Source: Callorhinchus milii
Taxonomy: Eukaryota
Assembly (NCBI RefSeq): GCF_018977255.1
Contig: NW_024704743.1
Coordinates: forward strand, 111,168,001-111,232,000
DNA length: 64,000 nt
Reading direction: 5' to 3'
This document shows, one piece after another, positions 12,623 to 24,460 of this stretch. The notes beneath the pieces were generated by a model that was not told where the DNA came from, did no database searches, and saw nothing but the letters and a program-made list of their open reading frames with translations. Both the position numbers and the translations under genes were made by a program. Numbering within the stretch: position 1 is the first letter of the stretch; every line of letters starts with the position of its first letter.

Positions 12623-13901
12623 CAACTGGATGGCTAGCACAAGATGTTAAATCCATTATAACTTTTAACCTGAAACAAATATTTAAAAGAAGAAAATATA
12701 AAAGGATGTGGTGAAAGGGCAGGGGAGTGAGACTAAATAAATATTTTGTTCAAAGAGTTGGCACAGGTGACTGTAATTGTTTTTATTCTATTCTATGATG
12801 TTGGCCAAACACAGACAAGATCAAGAAGGGAGATACCAAAAATGTCCTCAATGTAGATTTCCATATCACTGAATGAATAAATAATACTAATAATAATCCT
12901 TGCATTTCATATAGCACTTTATCACGTCTTTGAGTCATCTCAAAGCGTTTAACAGAATACACTATAATAATAATAATAATAATCCTTGCATTTGATATAG
13001 CGCTTTTCACGTCGGGAGGACGTCCCAAAGCGCTTCACAGAACACACTGTAAAGTGAATTGACTGTATATTTTGTGGGCAAAATGCACAGTTTGAATGCA
13101 ATTTCAGCTGGGTTTGTGCTTGAAACAAAGGAGTTATGACAACCTAATAGGGTTTGCAAATGCCTCTGGAGGAGGCTACCCTATGGGGATAGGTAATACA
13201 TTAGAATACGTTAGAATATACAGCACAGAAACAGGCCATTCGGCCCAACTGCTCAATTGGTAATGCTAGTAATGCTAGGGGAAACTGTGGAACACTGGTG
13301 GTGAACTTAAGAACTTTGACTGAAGACAGTCAAACCGTGACCCACTGAACATTCGCACGAGTCGAAGGGAATCTTTTTTAAATCAATGTTTTGTTTCCAG
13401 TTTTTTCGTATGGCGTAAATCAAGAAATATTCAATCAAGAAAATGTATTTTGTTGGTCGATCAAAAAGGTTGCCCACCACTGCCGCAAAAGAAGAGGCAA
13501 GTCTTCTGACAAAGGGCAGCCAACTGCAAAGATAGGCACAGTGCAGCCTCACTGATGCTTGCTTTTGTGAAGAATGGTTGCTATTAATTGACATGCAGAT
13601 GGAGAATGACTTTATTTCTCTAGCAGGCGAATCCGAAATGTGAAGTGGACTGTCACAAGTGGAATGCACTGTCACACAAGGCTACAGAGTCATTGGTGAG
13701 GCCACAGTGTTAACGGAGTCAAACTCAAGGACAGAAATTGTAATTTATACATGTGCCTTTTACACACAGCAGAAACAATGTCCTGGAGACTTCACAAAAA
13801 ATAATAATATGATAATGGAATTGCAAGGATTATTATAGTAAATAGGGATTGGTAAAAGCAAGGGCTTTTGTTTCTATGTATCTTGTATTGTGTCCAGATT
13901 C

Positions 13902-14263
13902 GGAGTCCTGTAGCTCAGTGGTTAGAGCATTCGTCTTGCAAGCGAGAGACCTGGGTTCGATTCCTGGCAAGACAAAACGTTGGGCAAGTTTCTTTACTCC
14001 ACACGCCTCTGTTTATCCAGCATTAAGTAGGAACCCAGTTGTTTGTCAATTGGCAGATTGCTGTTCCAGGGGTAATATTTCCTTAAAAAAAATTGGTCAC
14101 TCAATCCACAACTGTTTGTGGGACACTGCTGTGTCCAGATTGGCTGCCGTGTTTCACCCACAAATATACTGTCAATTCACTTTAGAGTATATTCTGTGAA
14201 GCGTCTTGAGACGTCTCAAAAACGTGATAAGGCGCTATATTAAATGCACGGATTATTATTATT
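13902..14263 (+). mobile_element. SINE family A, full-length long subfamily
   Basis: A box, B box GGTTCGATTCC, extra segment cctctgtttatccagcattaagtaggaacc. Confidence 0.9.
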
Positions 14264-15361
14264 ATATAAGGAAATATGCTGAAGCACAACAAAAACGACA
14301 TTCAAAAAGCCTCCCCAGATGTGAGTAAGTAATGATACGAGACACATTACAACTTCAGATCACGGTCATATATTTATATTTTCGCTGACAAAATCGAAGA
14401 AATTCAATTCAGGCAATCAATAGAAGTTTTCACATATATAATACATGTCAATATTCTGCTATCTGCCAACCATGGTGCTGGGAGTGGTGGTGGGGAGAGT
14501 GAGGAGGCAATTTTGTTCAAGTGAATGCTGTGTCTTGTCATGTGGCCAAGTATCCTGGGTTAAATGCAGTTTCAATATTTAATGAACTGCAGTTTAAGGG
14601 TAATGTGGGGCAGTGAGAACCAATTAAATGTCAAGCTGTGTATCAGGGATGTTAACCTAAGTGCAACCGAGGCAAATGTATTGGCTGCAATTTTGTAAAA
14701 ATAATCAACGCTGTATGATGTTTGACAGAAATAATAGATCTCCCAGCACAATGTGATGGGAGCTCTCTGGCCTTTAGAATGCCTTTCTTTTGATTCACCC
14801 TGTGCTGAGTTGCAGCAGGTTACTGGTGGGACTCACACAGTGTAGCTCCCAAGGTCTCTTAGCTGAAGAGAGAATGGGTTTGTTTAGTCTGGATATGTTT
14901 CAATTAACACTATGCAATGTGAAACCTGTTCTTCCTGTGTCTATTTTTGAAGGAAATCGAAGGCTTCTTCTCAGTCCAGGAGATCAGGATGCTCACAGTC
15001 TAATATCTATACGATTTACATGATATAACACTTTTCACATTGGGAGGATGTCTCACGGCTAGCTGGGAACCCGAGGTGGGGGCTGGGGATATTGCTTACT
15101 TGTGATACTAAAAATGTCTTCTTTAGCGTCATGAGCAGAGATTATATTTGCATATTAATTGGGCCAAATCTGGTCTTTTTTCTGAGTAAACCCCGGCACC
15201 TGAACTCTGGCTCCCTGAGGACTCGCCTGAGCTCTTGGCTTGAGTGCGGGAGTTCAAACCTGGAATCCTGCCTAAATGGTACAAGGCTCCTGCTTGGGGT
15301 AAGTCTCCTGTGTGAGCAGATAAACATGATATCAGTGGTAATCAGTGGTAATCCTTACTTC

Positions 15362-16945
15362 AGATGCCAACTGCCAAGAGGCCCTGGACTTCTTTATCTC
15401 CAACACCTGCCTGGCTGCCTCCTCCTTCTCCCCCCCATGTCACCTACCAGTCCGTCTCCTCAGGCTCTGTCCTACTCCCCCTCAAAACCGCCAGCATCAT
15501 TCCTCTCCTTAAAAGACCTACCCTCAATCCTGCCAACCTCACAAACTTCAGACCAGTCTCAAAGTCAAAGTTCTTGGTCAAAGTTTTGGAACGCGTGGTT
15601 GCAAATCAACTTCACTCACATCTCCCTCCACTCCCTCCTCCAGTCTGGGTTTTGCCCTACCCACAGCACAGAGACAGCGCTCATCAAAGTAACAAATGAT
15701 GTCCTCTCTTTCTGTGATCAGGGCTCTCTCTTCCTCATTCTCCTCGACCTCTCCGCTGCATTCGACTACACCATCCTCCTCCACCGCCTATCCACCCTCA
15801 TTTACCTTAGTGGGACCGCATTCGCATGGTTCAAGTCCTACTTGACTAACTGCCAATAATATATCTCAGCAAACAGCAAATGTTTTCTCCTCCTGCCCCT
15901 GCCCGTTCACCTGCCAGGTACCCCAAGACTCCATCCTTGGCCCTCTTCATTTCCTCATTTACACGCTCCCTCTTGGCAATGTCATCTGCAGACATGAGGT
16001 CCATTTCCACATGTATGTGCATGACGTCCAAATCTACTTCTCTTCCTCCAGCTGCGACTCCCAGTCCGCTGATGTCCTGAGCTTGTCTGATGGACATCAC
16101 AGTGTGGATGAGAGCAAATTTACTGCAGCTGAACATCAGCAAAACAGAAGCCATACTATTTGGCTTCCATCAACATTTTCTTTCCTGCGGGTCCGAACTC
16201 TTCATCCTCCCCGGGCTGTCCCTCAGACTCACCGAACCCGTGCGCAATTTAGGTGTGAAGTTCGATCCCCAGCTTTCCTTTCTACCCTGCATCCGTTCCC
16301 TGACCCTGACTTTTTTTCACCTCCTCCACATTGCCCACCTCCATCCATACCTTACACCAACAGCAGCCGATACCCTCTTCCACGCTTTGTCACTTCCCAG
16401 CTGACAATTCCAATGCCCTTCTTGCTGATCTCCCCAGCTCCACTATAATACAATTAATTCATAACTCTGCTGCCTGGATACTAACCCGCACAAAACTCCG
16501 TACCCCCATCACACCACTCCTTGCCAGACTCCACTCGCTCCGAATTACTGAATGGATCGACTTCAAGATCCTCTCACTCATTTTCAAATCCCTGTATGCC
16601 CTCGCACCTCCCTTTCTATAGGATTTGATTACCGCTCACTCCCCACCTGTTGTCTCCCCTCGGCCAGCTCTGACCACCTGTTCGTCCCTCGCCCCCTCCT
16701 CTCCACCGTCAGCGGCCGTGCTTTCAGCCACTACTCCCTGAAGCTTTGGAACTCTCTCCCTCAATCCCTCCGCCTTGCCCCCTCCATCCGCACTTTCAAA
16801 TCCAGCCTAAAGACCTTCCTTTTTGATCGTGCTTATGCTCACCTCCCTCTCCCCCTGGCTTGGGGTCAGACTCGGCCGCTGTCAAGTGCTCCGGGTCTCT
16901 AGCCCACGTGAAGAGCGCTATATAAATACAAGTTGTTGTTGTTGT
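15362..16945 (+). mobile_element. L2-clade LINE (family 1), 5'-truncated, decayed
   Basis: LTNFRPVSK, QSGFCPTHSTETALIKVTND, LLDLSAAFD, LLQLNISKTE, VRNLGVKFD, LWNSLP; 3' end gaagagcgctatataaatacaa(GTT)n. Confidence 0.95.
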
Positions 16946-17000
16946 AATTGCGAAGTGTAGACCCTGGCAAAACTAACCAACACACATACTGCACACATAC

Positions 17001-17051
17001 CTCCACATTGCAGACAGATCTCCTCACTAGTCTCGATACTGTACTCCAGGA
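17001..17051 (-). CDS. Candidate 51-nt internal exon
   Basis: Long pyrimidine tract then tttgaag acceptor; donor GAG|GTATGT; open in phase 1 (VLEYSIETSEEICLQCG) and also phase 0 (SWSTVSRLVRRSVCNVE). Confidence 0.3.
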
Positions 17052-17579
17052 CTTCAAAGAAATACCATGTAATGGTGAGAAAAGAGAAAAGAGAAGAGTG
17101 AGGAGAAGAGTGAAAGAGAGTTTCCCGGGGTCTCGGTCACCCCATTTTTGGAGCCACGGGCCGCCCCCTCCCCCATCCTTCAATTCTGGTGCAATGCCTT
17201 TCACGCTGGCACCTCTGAGAGTCTTTTTAAATGCACAGTGAGTGAGACCAAAGTCGTGACCTTGGAGTGAGATCAAAGTCTGTCAGCACATGGGTAAGAC
17301 ATTAAGACCACGTGCTCTCCTGACCTGAAAGGTACTGTGTCAAATGCTTGTTATTTATTAGTTGTAATCATTCCAGCAGCCATTTTGCAAAGAACTTACC
17401 CAATCAATGGCTACATTACTTCCATGGCTACCTCCAACCACTGATACGTTTCCACAAGGTAGATTGAAGCACAGCAAAGAATCTTGTTGTGAGTAAATAA
17501 CATAACAAGTCACGAAATTTCAAACAGGAGCAATTTTTATTGAATCGAGGGAAGAAGTTATTCCTGAAAACATGGTTAA

Positions 17580-17611
<32 letters not shown>

Positions 17612-17685
17612 TAAAACATATCCTTAAAATCTGCCTTTAAAAATAGAATATGACAGGCTGGTTTTTGGGGACCGGGCCAACACAC

Positions 17686-17857
17686 CTTCGGAGCTGGTCT
17701 GATCTGATTTGATCATCAGTGCTGAAGAAGCCTCAGTTACTGGGCTGACGTGGACCAGCCAGGCTATAGCCAGGAAAGCTGTGGGTGGAGTGGGGGAGAG
17801 CAGCAGGGAAACGCTGAGAATCCACCATGTTTTCACGGACATAAAATCTAGCTGCAT
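17686..17857 (-). CDS. Candidate first coding exon with signal-peptide-like N-terminus (unidentified gene)
   Basis: ATG in gcaacATG context; MQLDFMSVKTWWILSVSLLLSPTPPTAFLAIAWLVHVSPVTEASSALMIKSDQTSSE; donor AAG|GTGTGT, phase 1; lies in repeat-free sequence. No homology recognised. Confidence 0.45.
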
Positions 17858-18420
17858 GTTGCACTTGGAGTTACATATTGATTATAGCAGGAGGATCCAA
17901 CCTACTTTTCCAATCCCCCTGCCCTGCCCTGTCTGCCCCACGTGTAAGAAATTGCCAGCTCCCTGTCTGATAGTGTGAGTTAGAGGGAAGGAGCTCGACA
18001 AGATTGCGATGAGAGTTCATGTCAGTGCAGCGAGGATGCACTGAGGAGGGAGGTGGAAACAGCGTGCAGGACATCAATTAAACATCACCGCACTTTGCAT
18101 GCCAAATCCTGTAGATTTATAGCAACACGCGGCAGGCTGCGCTCATCCTCGTGTCCCAAGTCACGCACCTGTACAAAATTCCACTTCTCTTGAAGCTGGA
18201 GCCAGCACGAAAAGCTGCAGGGCATTCTCTCTGTCATTGCTGGATGAAAGATTGTGCTTCCTCCTCCTCGACGCTGCACAGAGAGGCTGATTTATTTCTC
18301 CCGTTCAGCATTTGGCTCAAATCAGCAAGTGGCTGGGTGAACATGGATAACAATTAGCACATCCCCACCCCTCCCTCCTCCCATGATCACCCGATAACAA
18401 ACTCCACTACGCACAGCTAG
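17858..18420 (-). promoter_or_regulatory. Possible 5'UTR/promoter of the minus-strand candidate gene
   Basis: Repeat-free, visibly more GC/CpG-rich than the flanks, purine-rich GGAGG tracts, directly upstream of the ATG at 17857. Inference only. Confidence 0.3.
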
Positions 18421-19254
18421 CACACAAAAGCTACGATTTAATCTTAGTACTAATGAATAAAGAAAGGTAGCATATTTATATACTGCATATATATGTATAT
18501 GTACTCCAGTGGAGCTACGGTCTGCATAGCAATGGATATGGCCACAGGCCTCAGTGCATTTCTCCAACCAGATGATATTACACACTGCCTCCTGTATGTT
18601 GAAATATTCATATCCCAATGACAGCCTCTCTATGTTCGCTCATTGTGAAATTATCCGCTGTGCCTTAAAGCAATATTTTTGACAATTGTAACAGATATGT
18701 ATTTCTAATATTCGCTGTTTCGATTAAAAACACAGCAGTCTGTAAAGGCCCTGCAGTGCTTATGTAACTCTGCTAATTCACCTCTGCCAACCTGAAAGGT
18801 AAATTCAAAATTTCTCACCTGTGGCAATATAAATGGTGAAAAAATATATCATGGTAAAAATTGTCCATTATTAAATACTGTTTTATTTTAGAGTAATGTA
18901 GAAATGTGCTCCTTAGAGTTCCTGTGGGGCACAGAGGTTCAATATTCCCAGGGAGCCATATAGAGGGGCAATACAATGGATAAATGTTCCTTAAAGGTGT
19001 GGCGCCGAACAGTGCAGAGGAGGAACACATTCACTTCATGGCTGCTTGTGGATCATTGTGGTCTGCAAACTGGATGGCAAAATACACAGTCACTTCACTT
19101 TATGGTATATCCTGTGAAGCACTTTGAGATGTCCTCCTACAGGATATACTGTAAAGTGTAGTTCCTGTGTATTTTGCAAGCGAACAGGGCAGCCAATTTG
19201 CCTACAGCAATGTCCCACAAAAAGCCTCACTTCGGGATGTAGAAGTTACCTTGT

Positions 19255-19562
19255 CTAGGTTGACACTCCAAAATAGTGCTACACTGACGAGGTGCTACTG
19301 TCCCTCACATGAGAAGTTAAATTGAGATCCCATCTCACTGGACATAAAAGATCCCATGGGATTACTTGAAAAGAGAAGGGAGTTTGTTCCGGTGTCAGAG
19401 CTTAACTTCTTGGCTGTTTGTGACACATTGCTGTACGCAAATTGGCTGCCGTGTTTGCCTGCAACGTACACATCACTACACTTTACAGTGAATTCCTGTG
19501 AAGCGTGAGATGTCCTCCCGATGTGATTTGGCGCTATATCAAATGCAATCATTATTGTTATT
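19255..19562 (+). mobile_element. SINE family B, truncated
   Basis: aaagatcccatgg core and tail. Confidence 0.75.
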
Positions 19563-20344
19563 ATACATGGATACTTTCATTTTTTCACTCACAAAATATA
19601 CAGTCAATTCACTTTACGATATATTCTGTGAAATGTTTGAGACTTCTCGAAGATGAGATAAGGAGCTATATCAAATGCAAGGATTATTTTTGTATCTTGT
19701 GGTGTTTCTGTGTAAACATTACTGAATTAAAAAGAGTTGCTTTCTGACACAATTGCAGCATACAGAGACTAACAGAGTGTAAATCTGACAGCAACATGAT
19801 GCACAGCATTGATGTTATATGTTATAGATTAGTGGTTCCTGAATTGTAGGTTTAAATGGTCAGCAAAAAGAGCAGGCACAAGTCCCAGAATATATTATGA
19901 CAAATGCTTTATGAATGCCCTCCACTCAAATGCTTCTCTTAGACTGAAATATATAATAGGAAATTCTCTGTTTATAGGATCCAAGAGAGCAATGGTCTGC
20001 TGTTCAGAGAGATTTCTTGCCTCAGGCTCTGCCATTACAGATCACATTACTTCAGATCAATGCATTGAAACATATTCTGTACCCCATTTTGCAGGTAACA
20101 CTAAATAAAGTATCCAACTGGATGATTCACACAATAGGTATGCTGAAATTCATGTTGATGTATGGAATAAAGAGTGCAGTTTTTTTGATGAGATATATAA
20201 ATATTGTGAAGCAGACGTTAGAATTGCATTTTTTTCCACGTGACTTGTATGCAAAGGTTATTGAAAAATAACAGGAATCATAAACAATTCTAAATCCTGA
20301 ATCCAATACAATTTGATTTGATTTTTCACAGGCATATACACAAC

Positions 20345-20805
20345 AATATCAACAACAACAAATTACATTTGTATAGCACCTTTCATCAGGAGGGCACTCC
20401 AAGGCGCTGGATAGTCAGGGCTTTCAATCCAAGCAGGGGGTTGGGATCAGAGGGTTGGAGGGCAGGGAGGGTAGAAGTAGGAGAGTGGTCGAAGTCGTGG
20501 TTGAAGAGGAGGGTCTTGAGACGTTCCTTGAAGGAAGCAAGGGAGGGAGCAAGGTGAACCGACTGTGGGCTGGAGTTCCAAAGGGTGGGGCCAGAGAGGC
20601 TGAAGACCCGACTACTGATGGTGAGGCGGGCCAGTGGGGGATGTGGATCAGGCCGGAGCCTGCTGAGCGGAGGGAGCAGATAGATTGATAAGCAGTTAGC
20701 AGGTCATAGAGATAGGAAGGAACAAGACCATGGAGGGCCTTGAAGGCGAGGATGAGGATTTTGAACTCTATCGAATGGGGAGCCAGTGGAGCCAGGCGAG
20801 GGTAG
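20345..20805 (-). mobile_element. L2 (family 2) 3' fragment
   Basis: IEFKILILAFKALHGLVPSYL; (AAC)n tail with aattacatttgtatagcacc. Confidence 0.88.
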
Positions 20806-20809
20806 TGGT

Positions 20810-20810
20810 G

Positions 20811-20845
<35 letters not shown>

Positions 20846-21089
20846 CCTTGCATTTGATATAGCGCTTTTCATGTCGGGAGGACATCCCAAAGCGCTTCAC
20901 AGAACACACTGTAAAGTGAATTGACTGTATATTTGTGGGCGAACGCAGCAGCCAATTGCGCACAGCAATGTCCCACAAACAGTCGTAGATTGAAAATGAC
21001 CAATTTAATATTGTTTTTGGTTTTGGAGGGATTATTATTAGGCGTGTGGAGTAAGGAAACTTGCCCAAGGTTTCGTCCTGCCTGGAATT
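20810..21089 (-). mobile_element. SINE family A, short subfamily, head truncated
   Basis: Near-identical to 59377-59620; (TAA)n tail. Confidence 0.9.
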
Positions 21090-21432
21090 ACACAGTCATT
21101 ACACTTTACAATAAAATCCTGTGAAGAGCTTTGATATATCTATTGCCAACCATTGACTAAATATATTATGAGCCTCAGCACTATACAGCCTGGCATTAAG
21201 ACGTAGATACCACCATCACCTTCCTCAGTAGACTGACAAAGTGTTAGATATTATCTCTGCCAGGAGTTTGTTCTCATATTAATTTTAGTTAAAAAAAACT
21301 TCTGTCTTTAAAATAAATAAAATACTCTAAAGAAAAGACGGATGTTAAATGGAGGCCCGCGTGCCTATTTAGGTGAGCATTAAATATCCCATGGCACTAT
21401 TAAAAAAGAGAAGGGAGGTTTCTTGTCAATAA

Positions 21433-21835
21433 TCAACAACAACAACTTGGATTTATATAGCGCCTTCATAGTAATGGATTCCAGGGCCGAGCCAGGGGGA
21501 GCGGGAGGAAGGTGACCAAAGGCGCGGTCGAAAAGAAAGGTCTTTAGCCGAGACCTGAAAATAGGAAGAAAGGGGACGAGGCGAAGGGAGTGAGGAACGG
21601 AGTTCCAGTGTCTCGGGGCATAGTGGAGCGGAGGACTTGGAGGACAAGGAGGAGGCTAGACCCGGTGGAGCGAAGGCAATGGGCACTGTTGTGAGGAGAG
21701 AGGAGGTCAGAGAGGTAGGGGGGTGCAGAGGAGTGGAGGGATTTGAAGACAAGGGTGAGGATCTTGAAGTCGATCCTCTCTGGGACAGGGAGCCAGTGCA
21801 GTCTGGCAAGGACTGGGATAATCGGGGAGCGAAGT
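21433..21835 (-). mobile_element. L2 3' fragment inserted in a SINE B copy (21345-22000, +)
   Basis: [35 protein letters not shown]; (AAC)n tail; SINE continues on both sides. Confidence 0.88.
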
Positions 21836-23084
21836 TTGTCCCCCAAATCTCCCAAATAAAGTTGGTCATTCACTTCATGGCTGTTTTGGAGGCATTTTCA
21901 TGCTAAATTGGCTGCTGCTGTTCACCCGCAAATACACAGTCACTGCACTTTACAGTTATCCCGATATGAAATGCGCAATATTAAATATAAATATTATTAT
22001 TTTTATTTCCTTCACAACTGTGTTGTAATATAGACCTTTATGAAAGGCTCTGGTACCATGTTTCCAGACAAAGAGATCCCGTGACAGATTCCTAGAGCAG
22101 GAAGTGTAAGATCTGTAGGTTTGCACGAGCAGCCTCTAGTGAGAGAAGATTGGTAAAGAAAAGGGAGCTTCGAATCATACTGCTTGCAAATAAAATATTC
22201 TGTTGATGGAAACTGCAATGAGTGAAAGGGGCTATATAAATGCAAGCAAAACATTCCCCAGATTTTCTCACTGTCGATGCCATCCTGCTCTCGATAAGAA
22301 GCCCATTTTCTACTCTCAGTGCTTTGTTCCAGCTACACAACCAATACCAAGAATTTACAGTTCAGCAAATTATGGAAACAAACCTGTGTTCTACCTCACT
22401 GTGGCATCGCATCCTGAAAATCAAGTTAAACCTTTCCTTTTTCCCCCTCTGAAAACAGCTAAGAATTGATTTCCCACAAGTAATCAACAAAAAGGGTGAT
22501 AAAGAATTTCACCCTGACCCTTAACATAAATTTTTAAAAAATCAATAGAATTTGCCATTCCGTTGGCTCTGTTTCTTTACAGTAAAAGCGAATGAATTAC
22601 CAACAGAGGAAAACCAGAGACCTTTAATACTCAAAATGTTGGAAGCTATATACTCCACAGCCAGTCACCATCTGTGCAGCTTCAGAAAAATGCACAGTAA
22701 ATTGGTTGAGATCTGTAACCCAACCGGAGTGCTGCAAATTCAAAAAAACATTATTGATTATTTTTCCAAGAGAAACAGAATATTGGATTGCACTGTTACT
22801 TGTCAACAAAGTAAATTAGAGGATAGGATAGAAAAAATATACGGTTAGTAATAACGTCCCTGAAGGAACAGAAAATACTTACAAAACAGATGTATGGGTT
22901 GTGGCTGGGGATTCAAAGCGCTCATTACTGCTTCATTACTGGGGATTCATTGCTGTGTGGTGTAGGTTGGCAAAAAGGGTTAAAAAGAGAGAGCGTAACA
23001 ATTACATTCAATTCGTTTTGTATGTGTGAATGGACGCGGGAAGAAATGAGCCACATATTTCTAATGTTTTCCATTTAAAAGGGC

Positions 23085-23392
23085 CTTGTCACGTTGAGAC
23101 TTCTCAAAGCGCTTCACAGAATATACTGTAAAGTGGATTGACTGTGTATTTGTGGGCAAACAAGGGCCCAATGCACACAACAATGTCTCACAAACAGTCA
23201 TGGATTGAAGGACCAATTTCTTTTTTGAGAGATTATTATCCCCGCAAAGTGATACGCCAATAGACTAACAACCAGGTTCCTATTTACTGCTAGGTAAACA
23301 GAGGCGTGTGGAGTAAGGAAACTTACCTTAGGTTATCCCCCACCCGGGAATGAAACCCAGGTCCTCTCACTTGCAAGGCGAGTGTGATAACC
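23085..23392 (-). mobile_element. SINE family A, long subfamily
   Basis: Same head, CORE-like and 3' body motifs. Confidence 0.85.
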
Positions 23393-23868
23393 AATACTCT
23401 AACATTTAGTGGTGGATCCAGGTTCAGGATTAGTCACTGAAAAGTAAAGCTTCAACTGTATTCCAACACTGGTGTTAGATTTGCGATATTCCCAAAGCAG
23501 AATATTGGATGCCTCAATTGCGACTTCTAAGTTGCAAGGTTTGTGACACAAATTGGCTACTGGCAAACAGCTGGATCCCATAGTCAGCAAAAGCTCAACG
23601 AAAATGACAAGCCAGAACGGTGGCAAGGAGCTTCCTCATCAGCCTTTTCAAGGACTTTGTGATGCACCCAAACCATATTTTGTTCACATCAATTGAATTT
23701 CTGATAATCCTTTGAAATTACTGGCATAAATTGTGAATGAGCTGTTCGTGAATCCCAAATCATTAAAGTCTGAAAAAAAGACTGGTCGGGAAGCTTACTA
23801 AACAGTGCTCTCAGTGGCAAGCTTTATGCTTTCAGCTGTTATTGGAGCGTCAGCATAGACTATATGTG

Positions 23869-23926
23869 TTCCATGAATTGGGGCTTGAATCCACAAGCCT
23901 GAATCCTCAAGCCCCAATTCATGGAA
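23869..23926. repeat. Perfect 20-bp inverted repeat, 18-nt loop
   Basis: TTCCATGAATTGGGGCTTGA / TCAAGCCCCAATTCATGGAA. Confidence 0.95.
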
Positions 23927-23949
23927 TTCATATAATTTATATGGTGGGA

Positions 23950-24460
23950 GAACAACAACAACAACTTATATTTATATAGCGACCTTCACGCTGGGTAGCG
24001 TCCTGGTGTGCTTGACAGTGGCGGAGTCTGACATCGAGCCAGGGGGAGGGGGAAGTGACCGAAAGCACAATCAAAAAGGAAGGTCTTTAGGCAAGATTTG
24101 AAGGTAGGAGGAAGGACGCACTGCCACCGACGACACAACAACAACAACAAGATTACATTTGTATAGCACCTTTCACGTCGAGAGGACGTCCCAAGGTGCT
24201 GGACCGTGTAGAGCATTTCAGACCTGAGCTGGGGTCAGGGCGGAAGAAGGGAGGGGAGGGGAAGGGGGGTGGCCGATGGCATGGTCGAAGAGGAGGGTCT
24301 TGAGGTGGGACTTGAAGGAGGCTAAGGAGGGGGCAAGACGGAGTGATTGGGGGATGGAATTCCAGAGGTTGGGGGCAGAGTGGCTGAAGGCTCTCCCGCC
24401 AATGGTGGGGCGGGTAGTTTGGGGGATGTGGAGCAGGCCAGAGCCGGCTGAGTGGAGGCA
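23950..24460 (-). mobile_element. Two adjacent L2 3' ends (23950-24125 family 1; 24135-24460 family 2)
   Basis: Each has an (AAC)n tail and the FKS.LKT.LF terminal region or its 3'UTR. Confidence 0.85.

Noticed and set aside
13627..13695. 69-nt plus-strand exon-like segment (also 25759-25800)
   Set aside because: Isolated splice-like sites with no recognisable peptide; expected by chance.
14465..14482. REST/NRSE-like site
   Set aside because: Only the CAGCACCATGG part matches; the ACAG half is absent.
15092..15859. 255-aa ORF, the longest in the track
   Set aside because: Non-ATG start; unique sequence running into a frameshifted L2 RT; not a host gene.
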